Assembly (NCBI GenBank): GCA_045655805.1 | Contig: JAZOPZ010000015.1 | Span: 41,704 to 105,703 of the forward strand | DNA from: Christensenellaceae bacterium | GTDB lineage: Bacteria; Bacillota; Clostridia; Christensenellales; Borkfalkiaceae | Length of the DNA stretch: 64,000 nt | Direction of reading: 5' to 3' | Shown: piece after piece, positions 8,701 through 17,236 of the stretch | Numbering within the stretch: the first letter of the stretch is position 1 | Layout of the letters: every line of letters starts with the position of its first letter | Notes under the pieces: model-generated | Database searches by the model: none | Told to the model about the DNA's origin: nothing | The model's input: the letters and a program-made list of their open reading frames with translations, nothing else | Program-made: the position numbers and the translations under genes

Positions 8701-9345
8701 ATGGATAAAATTACTGCACAAAAAATCGTTGATGAATTGTCGTTGCTATACACCGACAAGCCAGCACTCAATTTTAAAACTGAATATCAACTTTTGGTGG
8801 CAGTTATACTTTCGGCGCAATGTACGGACGAGCGCGTAAATAAAGTTACCGCGAAACTTTTTGAAAAGTATCCAACGCCAAAAGATATTTTGACGCTTTC
8901 AGAGGAACAACTTGGCAAGATGATTTTTTCTTGCGGGTTATATAATAGTAAGGCAAAGCACATACTTTCGGCAACGCGCGATATAGTCACAAAATTCGGT
9001 GGACAAATTCCTGACAATTTAGAAGATTTGCGTTCTTTAGCAGGCGTTGGTAGAAAGACTGCCAACGTGGTTTATAGCGTTGGGTTTGGCAAAAACGCTA
9101 TCGCCGTAGATACACACGTTTTTAGAGTGGCAAACCGTTTGGGACTAGCAAATGCCAATGACGTTTTAAATACTGAAAAGCAACTTATGTCAATTTTGGA
9201 CGAGAACGTATGGTCGAAATCTCACCATTATCTTATTTATCACGGTAGGAATATTTGTAAATCGCAAAAGCCTGATTGTCAAAATTGTACCGTAAATTAT
9301 TTGTGTAAAAAAAATTTCAAATCAAAACCAACTTCAAAAAAATAG
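8701..9345 (+). CDS. nth: Endonuclease III
   Basis: HhH-GPD motif (LAGVGRKTANVV) and a C-terminal 4-Cys Fe-S cluster loop (CKSQKPDCQNCTVNYLC). Start taken at the ATG 8701 inside ORF 8662..9345. Confidence 0.9.
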   Translation: MDKITAQKIVDELSLLYTDKPALNFKTEYQLLVAVILSAQCTDERVNKVTAKLFEKYPTPKDILTLSEEQLGKMIFSCGLYNSKAKHILSATRDIVTKFGGQIPDNLEDLRSLAGVGRKTANVVYSVGFGKNAIAVDTHVFRVANRLGLANANDVLNTEKQLMSILDENVWSKSHHYLIYHGRNICKSQKPDCQNCTVNYLCKKNFKSKPTSKK

Positions 9346-9366
9346 GGATGGTTTTAAGGTAGAGTT

Positions 9367-10632
9367 ATGTTTGTAGATAAAGTTAAAATTTCAATTAAAG
9401 CAGGTAACGGTGGTGACGGCGCTACTTCTTTTTTGCACTTTAAAGGAGTTGTAAACGGTGGCCCTGACGGTGGAGATGGCGGCAAAGGTGGCGACATTAT
9501 TATTAGGGCTGATAGACATATTTCAAGCCTCATCGAGTATTACTATAAAACCAAATATTTTGCTGAAGACGGCGCTCGTGGCGAGCCTAAAAATTGTTCG
9601 GGTAAGTCGGGCAAAGATATCGTTTTAATCGTTCCACTCGGCACTGTCGTTAAAGACGCCGAAACGGGCAATATCATACAAGACTTCTTTTACGACGGTC
9701 AAGAAAAGACGGTTCTTTTTGGTGGTCAAGGCGGTAAAGGCAACGCGAGATTTGCGACTAGTAGAAGACACGCACCACATTTTTCACAAAAAGGTGAAAG
9801 TACGGACAAACAAACCATTATTATGGAACTTAAAACCATTGCTGACGTTGGCTTGGTAGGGTTTCCTAACGTGGGTAAGTCTACTTTACTTTCAAAAGTT
9901 TCGTCTGCAAGACCCAAAATTGCAAATTATCACTTTACGACGCTTTCACCAAACTTGGGCGTAGCCACTTATTATGATGAAAGTTTCGTCGTGGCAGATA
10001 TTCCTGGGCTGATTGAAGGCGCTAGTGAGGGCGCTGGGCTTGGAATAGAATTTTTAAAACATATCGAAAGAACTCGTATGCTCGTGCACGTGGTGGATAT
10101 TTCGGGTATGGAAGGTCGTGACCCGTACGAAGACTTTGTTAAAATTAATGAAGAACTTTCTAAATATAGCGAAGTTTTAGCGTCGCTTAAACAAGTAGTC
10201 GTTGCAAACAAATGCGATATTTACGGCGCTGAAGATAATTTAGAACAATTTAAGAAAAAACTTGGCGATAAATATAAAGTAATTGCAATTAGCGCAATTA
10301 CGGGGGCTGGCAAGGATGAACTTTTAAAGGAAATATCTGAAGTTCTTAAAGATATTCCACCTGTTTCGCCACTTGAATTTGAAGAATTTAACTACGTTAA
10401 ACCTGATAGACTTTCTTACGAGATTGAAGAAATTGAACCCGGTGTGTTCAATATTACGGGCTCGCTCGTTGACGTGCTTGAACGCAACGTCGTTATGAAC
10501 GATATGCACTCGATGGCGTACTTGCAAAAAGTACTTAAGGACAGGGGTATATTTAAAGAACTTCGTGAAATGGGCGCAGGCGAAGGCTCAACCGTTATTA
10601 TTGCAGGTTCTGAATTTGATTTTATTGACTAA
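9367..10632 (+). CDS. obg: GTPase Obg
   Basis: MFVDKVKI..AGNGGDG glycine-rich Obg fold, GFPNVGKST P-loop, C-terminal OCT domain. Confidence 0.95.
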   Translation: MFVDKVKISIKAGNGGDGATSFLHFKGVVNGGPDGGDGGKGGDIIIRADRHISSLIEYYYKTKYFAEDGARGEPKNCSGKSGKDIVLIVPLGTVVKDAETGNIIQDFFYDGQEKTVLFGGQGGKGNARFATSRRHAPHFSQKGESTDKQTIIMELKTIADVGLVGFPNVGKSTLLSKVSSARPKIANYHFTTLSPNLGVATYYDESFVVADIPGLIEGASEGAGLGIEFLKHIERTRMLVHVVDISGMEGRDPYEDFVKINEELSKYSEVLASLKQVVVANKCDIYGAEDNLEQFKKKLGDKYKVIAISAITGAGKDELLKEISEVLKDIPPVSPLEFEEFNYVKPDRLSYEIEEIEPGVFNITGSLVDVLERNVVMNDMHSMAYLQKVLKDRGIFKELREMGAGEGSTVIIAGSEFDFID

Positions 10633-10649
10633 CGATTAAAGGAGAGATT

Positions 10650-10943
10650 ATGTTTACTTCAAAACAAAGGGCTAAATTAAGGGCTTACGCCTCTACTCAA
10701 GATACTATTATGCAAGTCGGCAAAAATGGTATAAACGATAATTTGATTAAGTCGCTTTCCGATGCTCTTGAAAAAAGAGAGATTATTAAAATTTCCGTTT
10801 TAGATAATTCGCCTGACGACGTAAAGGAAGTCGGTGTGGCTTTAGCAACGGCGCTTTCGGCAGAGTTTATTTGCGCTATTGGTAAAAAGGTAGTACTTTA
10901 TCGTCGTTCAAAAAGACAAGATATAGTTCATATTGAATATTAG
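10650..10943 (+). CDS. yhbY: Ribosome assembly RNA-binding protein YhbY (CRS1/YhbY domain)
   Basis: LTSKQRAKLRA...QVGKNGI...EIIKISV signature. Follows obg as in many Firmicutes. Confidence 0.9.
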   Translation: MFTSKQRAKLRAYASTQDTIMQVGKNGINDNLIKSLSDALEKREIIKISVLDNSPDDVKEVGVALATALSAEFICAIGKKVVLYRRSKRQDIVHIEY

Positions 10944-10944
10944 T

Positions 10945-10970
10945 AAAAGCGACCGTTTTGGTCGCTTTTT
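10945..10970 (+). terminator. Intrinsic terminator
   Basis: AAAAGCGACC-gttttg-GTCGCTTTTT. Confidence 0.8.
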
Positions 10971-10976
10971 GGTTGC

Positions 10977-11000
10977 AACGGTATCGCCAAAATTGACCGT
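10977..11000 (+). repeat. Dispersed 24-nt repeat, copy 2 (AACGGTATCGCCAAAATTGACCGT)
   Basis: 20/24 identity to copy 1. Confidence 0.75.
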
Positions 11001-11048
11001 AATAATTCTAAAAGTATTGCGCATAATAGCCGTGAAGGGGGTATTAAG

Positions 11049-11333
11049 ATGAATAGTGAAGTTCAAAGTTCACCTAAAAAGCGAACGGTTGATAGATACG
11101 CACCGTTGTCGCCTTGGGCTTATATAGGGTATATGCTTTTATTTTATTTGCCTATCGTTGGGTTCGTGTTTATGATTATTTACTCGGCAGACGATACAAA
11201 TATTGCTAGAAGGAATTACGCGCGTGCTTTTTTAGGATTGTGCATTGCTACGCTTATTTTAGGCGTTATTTTTGGCGCAATTGGTCTTGGTACGGGCATG
11301 TTTGATTCACTTATGGCAAGATTTGGTATGTAA
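11049..11333 (+). CDS. Small membrane protein (94 aa, 2 TM)
   Basis: ORF with GGGGG RBS, two hydrophobic helices, terminator at 11341-11375. Confidence 0.6.
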   Translation: MNSEVQSSPKKRTVDRYAPLSPWAYIGYMLLFYLPIVGFVFMIIYSADDTNIARRNYARAFLGLCIATLILGVIFGAIGLGTGMFDSLMARFGM

Positions 11334-11453
11334 CCCAAATAAAGCCACCACCGACTGTTTCGGTGGTGGCTTTTTATCGTTGTTGTTATAAACAAAAAAT
11401 TTTATATTTTGCAAAAATTCTTTATTTTTGGATTTAAAAAAACGGCAAATTTT

Positions 11454-12233
11454 TTAAAAAGTATCATTTTTCGTTTTTTTAGTTCCGTAGAATTTTGACA
11501 AAATTGCAAAAATCGTTAAAATCGAGCCTAATACAATATAGTAAATTTTAAAAGGCGTCAAAAAAGACAAAAATAACAATGAAAAACCAGACAACGCAAA
11601 TGATTTTGCGTGTTTTTTATTGAAAAAGTTTTTCATTAGTTTTTTTAGGCTTGACTTTGTTTCAGCAAATTCCACTTTAAGTTCAGGGTAGTAGTTGGCG
11701 GACTTAAAAAGAGCGTAGGCATCAACGCCGTTTTTTATCGTAAAGTTAATCATTTTTGCAAACTCGGTAGTTTTTTCGTCAAATTCAGTGGCGTAAACCG
11801 TGATAGGCAGGTTGCTTTTATCTTTGCGTTTTATGTCGGCTAAATCTTGTGGAGTTAATCCGTTAAAAGTAAACGCCGTATACAAAGCGTAGTTGCCGTC
11901 AACTATAAGTCCAGACGAAATTTTCTTTACTTTATTACCACTTATAATTAACGCTTTATAAAATTCGTCGGCTTGGTCGTTTTTAGTTAAAAAGCAAAGT
12001 TGCCCAATGATTTTTTTTCGTAAAGCGTCTTCTTTTTTGGTTAAGGCGTTTGCTTGCGACTTGTTTTTTAGTCTAAAAAACGCCATTAGAGAAATCGTTA
12101 TCGCAAACCAAATGGAAAGTATATAAGTGGGTGTTAACGGCAAAAAATATCTTAACACTACGAACGCTATTGCAAAAGAGCATAAAAAGTAAAAAATAGT
12201 ATCAAGTATGGCAGAAATTGTTAAAGTTTTCAT
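11454..12233 (-). CDS. Hypothetical membrane protein (2 N-terminal and 2 C-terminal TM helices around a soluble domain)
   Basis: ORF track entry. No family recognised. Confidence 0.6.
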   Translation of the reverse strand: MKTLTISAILDTIFYFLCSFAIAFVVLRYFLPLTPTYILSIWFAITISLMAFFRLKNKSQANALTKKEDALRKKIIGQLCFLTKNDQADEFYKALIISGNKVKKISSGLIVDGNYALYTAFTFNGLTPQDLADIKRKDKSNLPITVYATEFDEKTTEFAKMINFTIKNGVDAYALFKSANYYPELKVEFAETKSSLKKLMKNFFNKKHAKSFALSGFSLLFLSFLTPFKIYYIVLGSILTIFAILSKFYGTKKTKNDTF

Positions 12234-12371
12234 AATAAAGGGTTATTCCCTTTAAATTTTTTGTTATAACAAAAAAACCGTTGAAAATTATCGAAAATCG
12301 TGTTATAATGTTCTAAAAACAACGCTCGTTGATTTTTGCATAGTTTATGCAAAGCATAAAATGGAGTTTTT

Positions 12372-13511
12372 ATGAAGATTGGTATTTTCGGTGGGTCTTT
12401 CGATCCTATTCACAACGAACATATAAATATGGCGCTTGCATCAAAGCAAGAACTTGGTCTTGATAGGCTTTATATCGTGCCGGCAAAGGTTTCGCCATTT
12501 AAAAAGACGCTTAAAGTTACTTCGCCTAGTGCTCGTCTTGAGATGATTAAACTTGCCTTTCAAGATACGGATGCTATAATCAGCGATTATGAATTAACAA
12601 AACAAGGCGACAGTTACACTTATGAAACTGTTTTGCAGTTCAAAAAGTTCTTTCCTAAAGACACTTTGTATCTCATTATCGGTGGGGACAGTTTGGTTAA
12701 GTTTAAGGATTGGAAAAATCCCGATATTATAACTAAAAATGCTGAAATCGTGGTGGTTGAGCGTTTTGGCGATTATATTTCTTACGAAGCAGAGGCTAAA
12801 AGTTTCAAAAAGCGTTTCGGTAAAAACTACATTAAGTTAAATCACGTGGGTGGTACGGTTTCTGCTACGAAAGTTAGATTGTATTCTAGTTTAAGGTTGC
12901 CACTTAACGGATTAGTTCCGAAGGCTGTTGAAGAGTATATTTATCAAAACGGTATATTCGAGGGCAATCCGTATCTTTCGTATTTGCAAGACGTTATGAC
13001 GCCAGATAGGATGAGGCATACTGCAAACGTTGTTGCAACAGCAATGAAAAAGGCTAGCCAAGAGGGTATGAATACCGACAAAGTAATCGTTGCTGCAATT
13101 TTGCACGACGTTGCTAAAAATATTGACCCTGATACGGTTGAAGGTTTTACTTATAAAGGCATACCAAAACAAGTAGTGCACGCGTATCTCGGCGCGCATA
13201 TTATGGAAACTAGACTTGGCATAACTGATAGAGATATTTTAGACGCTGTAAGATATCACACTACGGCAAAAGCGCCGATGACTAAACTTGGCAAACTTAT
13301 ATTTTCAGCCGATATGGTTGAAGAAAGTCGTGATTACGACGGAGTTGAAAGGTTGAGAGAGATTTTCTATACAAAAGATTTAGATACGGCGTTCGTGGAG
13401 TGCTTGGCTGAAGAAATTAAACATTTAGAACAAAAAGGTTACGAACTTTTTGGTGAAACTCGTAACTCTTACGACTATTACATAAAAAATAAAAACAGAA
13501 TTAAAAGGTGA
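12372..13511 (+). CDS. nadD: Fused nicotinate-nucleotide adenylyltransferase (NadD) and HD-domain YqeK phosphohydrolase
   Basis: N-terminus GIFGGSFDPIHNEH (nucleotidyltransferase HxGH). C-half RMRHTANV...ILHDVAK HD motif. Normally two adjacent genes, nadD and yqeK. Confidence 0.85.
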   Translation: MKIGIFGGSFDPIHNEHINMALASKQELGLDRLYIVPAKVSPFKKTLKVTSPSARLEMIKLAFQDTDAIISDYELTKQGDSYTYETVLQFKKFFPKDTLYLIIGGDSLVKFKDWKNPDIITKNAEIVVVERFGDYISYEAEAKSFKKRFGKNYIKLNHVGGTVSATKVRLYSSLRLPLNGLVPKAVEEYIYQNGIFEGNPYLSYLQDVMTPDRMRHTANVVATAMKKASQEGMNTDKVIVAAILHDVAKNIDPDTVEGFTYKGIPKQVVHAYLGAHIMETRLGITDRDILDAVRYHTTAKAPMTKLGKLIFSADMVEESRDYDGVERLREIFYTKDLDTAFVECLAEEIKHLEQKGYELFGETRNSYDYYIKNKNRIKR

Positions 13512-13514
13512 ATT

Positions 13515-13868
13515 ATGACTTCAAAAGAACTTGCTGAAAAGATTTGTAAAATATTGTCCGACCGTAAGGCTTTGGACGTTACTATGATAAATATTTCGGA
13601 AAAAACTATCGTTGCAGATTATTACGTAATTGCTACGGCAAAGTCTTCGCCACACGTTAAGGCGTTGTCCGAGTATGTTGAAGAAGAACTCGACAAACAA
13701 GATTTAGCGCCACTTCGTCGCGAAGGTACTCGCGAGGGGAGATGGGCTGTTATTGATTACGGCGACGTTGTGTTACACGTTTTTAACGACGAAACTAGGG
13801 TTTTTTATAACCTTGAAAAATTGTGGGCAGACGAACATAACGTAGTTAAGTTTGCCGACGAAGAATAG
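13515..13868 (+). CDS. rsfS: Ribosome silencing factor RsfS
   Basis: 117 aa with ADYYVIATAKS...WAVIDYGDVVLHVF, the conserved RsfS/Iojap core. Synteny after nadD/yqeK. Confidence 0.9.
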   Translation: MTSKELAEKICKILSDRKALDVTMINISEKTIVADYYVIATAKSSPHVKALSEYVEEELDKQDLAPLRREGTREGRWAVIDYGDVVLHVFNDETRVFYNLEKLWADEHNVVKFADEE

Positions 13869-13885
13869 TTCGTTTTGCGAACTGC

Positions 13886-14125
13886 CTAACTGTTTTGGTT
13901 TTTTCGTTTGACGTAAATTCTGTCGTAATCGTCGGGGTTTATAGTTAGCGTTTTTAAAGGTGGGCGTTTTTTAGGCTTTGCAGGCGGGGGTGAAGATTTC
14001 ACTACGGTCGGAGGCAGTAACCCTAAAAACATCAAAAGGCTTTTTAAGCCGAAAACCAATATAAAACACAAGACAAACAGCAATATAAAGTTAAATAAAC
14101 CACACAAAAAGGGAAAGTTTTTCAT
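13886..14125 (-). CDS. Small membrane protein with Pro/Lys-rich tail (79 aa)
   Basis: ORF track entry. One or two TM helices. No family recognised. Confidence 0.45.
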   Translation of the reverse strand: MKNFPFLCGLFNFILLFVLCFILVFGLKSLLMFLGLLPPTVVKSSPPPAKPKKRPPLKTLTINPDDYDRIYVKRKNQNS

Positions 14126-14210
14126 ACTTAAAACTTAAACTTAAAAAGGGTAAGAATATTAAAAATATTTGTAAATATAGCGTTTAATTTGCCGTTTGTA
14201 ATAAACTCAA

Positions 14211-14318
14211 TATATCTTTGGGGCAGGGTGTAAATCCCGACCGGCAGTTATAGTCTGCGAGCGTTAGCACGATTCGGTGTAATTCCGAGACCGACGGTAT
14301 AGTCCGGATGAGAAAAGT
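14211..14318 (+). promoter_or_regulatory. FMN riboswitch (RFN element) aptamer
   Basis: tctttGGGGCAGGGTGtAAATCCCgACCGGCaGT...GCGAGC...GATTCGGTGtAATTCCGaGaCCGACgGTATAGTCcGGATGagAgAAg matches the RFN consensus block by block. It lies upstream of a riboflavin-transporter gene. Confidence 0.9.
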
Positions 14319-14321
14319 TTT

Positions 14322-14345
14322 TTGCGCCCTTTGGCGCAATTTTTT
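14322..14345 (+). terminator. Riboswitch expression-platform terminator
   Basis: TTGCGCC-cttt-GGCGCAA followed by TTTTTT, ending 1 nt before the GGAGG RBS of ribU. Confidence 0.8.
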
Positions 14346-14356
14346 GGAGGTTTATT

Positions 14357-14980
14357 ATGGAAGAACAATTTGAAGTTTCGGCGAATACCGTTGGCAAGAA
14401 AAAGGTTTTCACCACGAAAAATATTGCTGGCATGGCTGTGTTTACGGCACTTGCTTACGCTACCTATTTTTTGGAAATCCCTATCTTTGCAGCGACGCCC
14501 GCTAGTTTTTTAAAACTTGATTTTTCCTGCGTGTTTATTCTTTTGGCGGGGTTTATGTACGGACCGCTCCCTGCAATTATAATTACCATTATTAAAGAGG
14601 CGTTACATATACCCGTAGGTACTACTATGGGTGTGGGTGAACTTGCTAACGTGATTATGACGCTCGCTTACGTAATTGTGCCGACGACCGTTTACACCAA
14701 ACGAAAGGGCATTAAAGTTGTACTTATAACTTTGGCGATAGGTAGTTTATTGCAAATAGGCGTAGCGCTTTTGGTTAATAGATTTATAAACTATCCGTTC
14801 TTTGCTTTTATGTTTGGTGGGTCAATTTTTGGGTTCGGCGTGAAAGAATTTTTTGCGATGACTTGGTGGCTTTTAATATTGTTCAATATAATTAAAGCCG
14901 TGTCTGTTAGTTTTATAACGCTACTTTTATATAAGCGCGTTTCGGCGTTGTTTAAGAGAATAAATTTACAAAACAGTTAA
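14357..14980 (+). CDS. ribU: ECF-transporter S component, riboflavin-specific (RibU-like)
   Basis: Membrane protein with about 6 TM helices directly downstream of the FMN riboswitch. Confidence 0.8.
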   Translation: MEEQFEVSANTVGKKKVFTTKNIAGMAVFTALAYATYFLEIPIFAATPASFLKLDFSCVFILLAGFMYGPLPAIIITIIKEALHIPVGTTMGVGELANVIMTLAYVIVPTTVYTKRKGIKVVLITLAIGSLLQIGVALLVNRFINYPFFAFMFGGSIFGFGVKEFFAMTWWLLILFNIIKAVSVSFITLLLYKRVSALFKRINLQNS

Positions 14981-14990
14981 AGGTATTTAG

Positions 14991-15401
14991 ATGATAGAAA
15001 AATTTACCAGCAATTCCGCTGAAGAAACTATATCTTTCGCAATGGAATTTGCTAAAACTTTATCGGACGGAGAAGTGATTTTATTGTCGGGCGATTTGGG
15101 GGCAGGTAAAACGACTTTCGTTAAAGGGCTTGCCAAAGGCCTAGATATTGACGACGAAGTTACTAGCCCTACTTATGCCTATTTAAACGTGTACGGCGAC
15201 AGGCTTTACCATTACGATTGTTATAGGCTTTCTTGTGGGGAAGATGCCGAGGCTTTAGGGCTTACCGACTATTTTTACGGCAACGATATTTGCGTTATAG
15301 AGTGGTCTGAAAATATAAGCGACGCCTTGCCTGATAAGGTTACAAAATTAACTATAAAAAAGACTTCCGAAAACGGTAGAGAAATTACAATAGAAAGATA
15401 A
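14991..15401 (+). CDS. tsaE: tRNA t6A biosynthesis ATPase TsaE
   Basis: GDLGAGKTTFVKG P-loop, SPTY, HYDCYR and EW motifs. Confidence 0.92.
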   Translation: MIEKFTSNSAEETISFAMEFAKTLSDGEVILLSGDLGAGKTTFVKGLAKGLDIDDEVTSPTYAYLNVYGDRLYHYDCYRLSCGEDAEALGLTDYFYGNDICVIEWSENISDALPDKVTKLTIKKTSENGREITIER

Positions 15402-15419
15402 CGGGCGAGTTTTACGGCA

Positions 15420-15443
15420 AACGGTATCGTCAAACTTGACCGT
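15420..15443 (+). repeat. Dispersed 24-nt repeat, copy 3 (AACGGTATCGTCAAACTTGACCGT)
   Basis: 22/24 identity to copy 1. Lies in the 56-nt tsaE-tsaB spacer. Confidence 0.8.
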
Positions 15444-15457
15444 TTTTGATGGTGGTT

Positions 15458-16063
15458 ATGAGATATTTAGCAATTGACACTAGTGGGTCGCATCTTACTG
15501 TCGTTTTACGAAACGGTGAAAATTTAATAGTAAACGCTAGCGAAAACTGTGGGACGAAACACTCGGTTTCGCTTATGCCGGCGATAGAAAAGGTTTTAAC
15601 TGACGCGAGCGTTTCTCTTGAAGAACTTGACTTTATCGCTTGCGTGACGGGCGCTGGCTCTTTTACTGGTATAAGAATAGGTGTTTCAACCGTTAAGGCA
15701 TTATGTTTCTCGGCAAAGGTCAAGGCGCTTGCAGTCACGGCTTTCGATACGCTTGCATATAATAAACCGTCGGGCAAAGTATTGGCAGTTATCGACGCAA
15801 AACACGGCAATTACTACGCTTGTGGTTATACTGATAGCAAAGTTTCGTTAAAACCTTGCTTTATCGACGCTGAAACTTTAGCGAATTTGTCATTAGAATA
15901 TTCCGTGGTAACGGCTGACGAGTTGGCTGTGAATAGCCAAAAAGTGGATAGAGTGCAAGGCTTGATAAACGCCGTTAACGCCCTTTATGAAAACGCAACC
16001 GACGATTTATCGCGAATCGAACCACTTTACATTAGAAAATCGCAGGCGGAAGAAGGTCGATGA
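15458..16063 (+). CDS. tsaB: tRNA t6A biosynthesis protein TsaB
   Basis: MRYLAIDTSGSHL N-terminus and GAGSFTGIRIG motif. Start chosen by homology; no good RBS, and ORF track alternatives begin at 15446. Confidence 0.88.
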   Translation: MRYLAIDTSGSHLTVVLRNGENLIVNASENCGTKHSVSLMPAIEKVLTDASVSLEELDFIACVTGAGSFTGIRIGVSTVKALCFSAKVKALAVTAFDTLAYNKPSGKVLAVIDAKHGNYYACGYTDSKVSLKPCFIDAETLANLSLEYSVVTADELAVNSQKVDRVQGLINAVNALYENATDDLSRIEPLYIRKSQAEEGR

Positions 16064-16488
16064 TAGTTAGAAAAATTGAACTTCACGATTTGGACGCTGT
16101 AGCAAAAATGACGGCTGAAAATTTTATCGATAGTTGGACTTTCGATATGATAAAAAGTTCATACCAAACGGAGGGCTTTTTGGGATTGATTGCCGAAGAT
16201 AACGGCGAAATTTTAAGCGTTTGCTCTTTTGGTGGCGTGCTTGACGAGAGGGAACTTTACTTTGTCGTTACAAAGAAGTCTGCTCGTGGTATGGGTATTG
16301 CTAGAACTTTATTGCAAAAAGCATTTGACGCCCTATCTGCTGACGGTGTTAAAACTTGCTTTTTAGAAGTGCGAGAAAGTAATTCTTCAGCAATTAAACT
16401 ATACAAATCGTTAGGATTTGTTAATATCGCTGAACGCAAAAATTATTACGGTATGGAAACCGCAATAATAATGCAAAAATCACTTTAA
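16060..16488 (+). CDS. rimI: Ribosomal-protein-alanine N-acetyltransferase RimI (GNAT)
   Basis: GNAT motif A (ARGMGIARTLL). 4-nt overlap with tsaB. Canonical tsaE-tsaB-rimI synteny. Confidence 0.85.
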   Translation: MIVRKIELHDLDAVAKMTAENFIDSWTFDMIKSSYQTEGFLGLIAEDNGEILSVCSFGGVLDERELYFVVTKKSARGMGIARTLLQKAFDALSADGVKTCFLEVRESNSSAIKLYKSLGFVNIAERKNYYGMETAIIMQKSL

Positions 16489-16552
16489 TTAGGGGTGTAA
16501 TATAGACTGTCAAAATGCTTTCAGTGCAAAAGAAAAACAAAGCGTACTATTT

Positions 16553-17236
16553 TTGCATGGCTATTTGTCGGATAAAAACGCCTTTTTATATCAAATGCGA
16601 TTTTTTGAAAAGTATTACGAGGTTCACGCCTTTGACTTTAAAGGGTTTGGCAACAATAAGGGCATGGATTATCCCTACGCTTTAGACGACTATATTAACG
16701 AAACTAAAGAGTATATATACAAACACTCTTTAGGCAAGCCTTTCGTGGTGGCGCATAGTTTTGGCGCTCGTGTCGCAGTCAAGTTTGCAGGTGAACGGTA
16801 TCGTGAAAATGAACCGTTTGCAAAACTGGTGCTTACGGGACCTGCAGGGCTAAAACCACGATTTTCACTTAAAAAAGCCGTAAAAAGAAAGTTTTTTAAG
16901 TTGTTTAAGGGTGTTTTGTCTGACGATAAAAAACAAAGGTTTTATTCGCCTGACTATAGGGCGCTATCGCCCGTGATGCGCCAAAGTTTTATAAAAATTG
17001 TTAACGAATATTTAGACGAGTACGCTAAAAATATTCAAATTCCAACGCTTATTTTGATGGGTGAAAATGATACTGAAACACCACTTTATTATGGGCGCAA
17101 ATATAACGCGTACATAAAGGGTAGTAGGCTTAAGGTTTTACAAAACGCAGGGCATTTTGCTTTCGTTGATAGACCGTACCTATTTTGTAGTGAAACCTTA
17201 TCTTTTTTTACGGATAATTTAGGGGAAGATTTATGA
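16553..17236 (+). CDS. Alpha/beta hydrolase
   Basis: LHGYLS oxyanion strand, AHSFGA nucleophile elbow, C-terminal GHF. The frame is open back to 16493 (..KQSVLF before LHG) with no in-frame ATG or GTG, so the true start is unresolved. Confidence 0.75.
   Translation: MHGYLSDKNAFLYQMRFFEKYYEVHAFDFKGFGNNKGMDYPYALDDYINETKEYIYKHSLGKPFVVAHSFGARVAVKFAGERYRENEPFAKLVLTGPAGLKPRFSLKKAVKRKFFKLFKGVLSDDKKQRFYSPDYRALSPVMRQSFIKIVNEYLDEYAKNIQIPTLILMGENDTETPLYYGRKYNAYIKGSRLKVLQNAGHFAFVDRPYLFCSETLSFFTDNLGEDL
16794..16817 (+). repeat. Dispersed repeat, intragenic variant copy (AACGGTATCGTGAAAATGAACCGT)
   Basis: First 16 nt identical to the consensus. Lies inside the hydrolase CDS, where it is read as GERYRENEPF. 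Confidence 0.55.

Noticed and set aside
14248-14433. 61-aa minus-strand ORF, and the 14322..14513 plus-strand ORF.
   Set aside because: They overlap the FMN riboswitch, its terminator and the 5' end of ribU, and are explained by those features.
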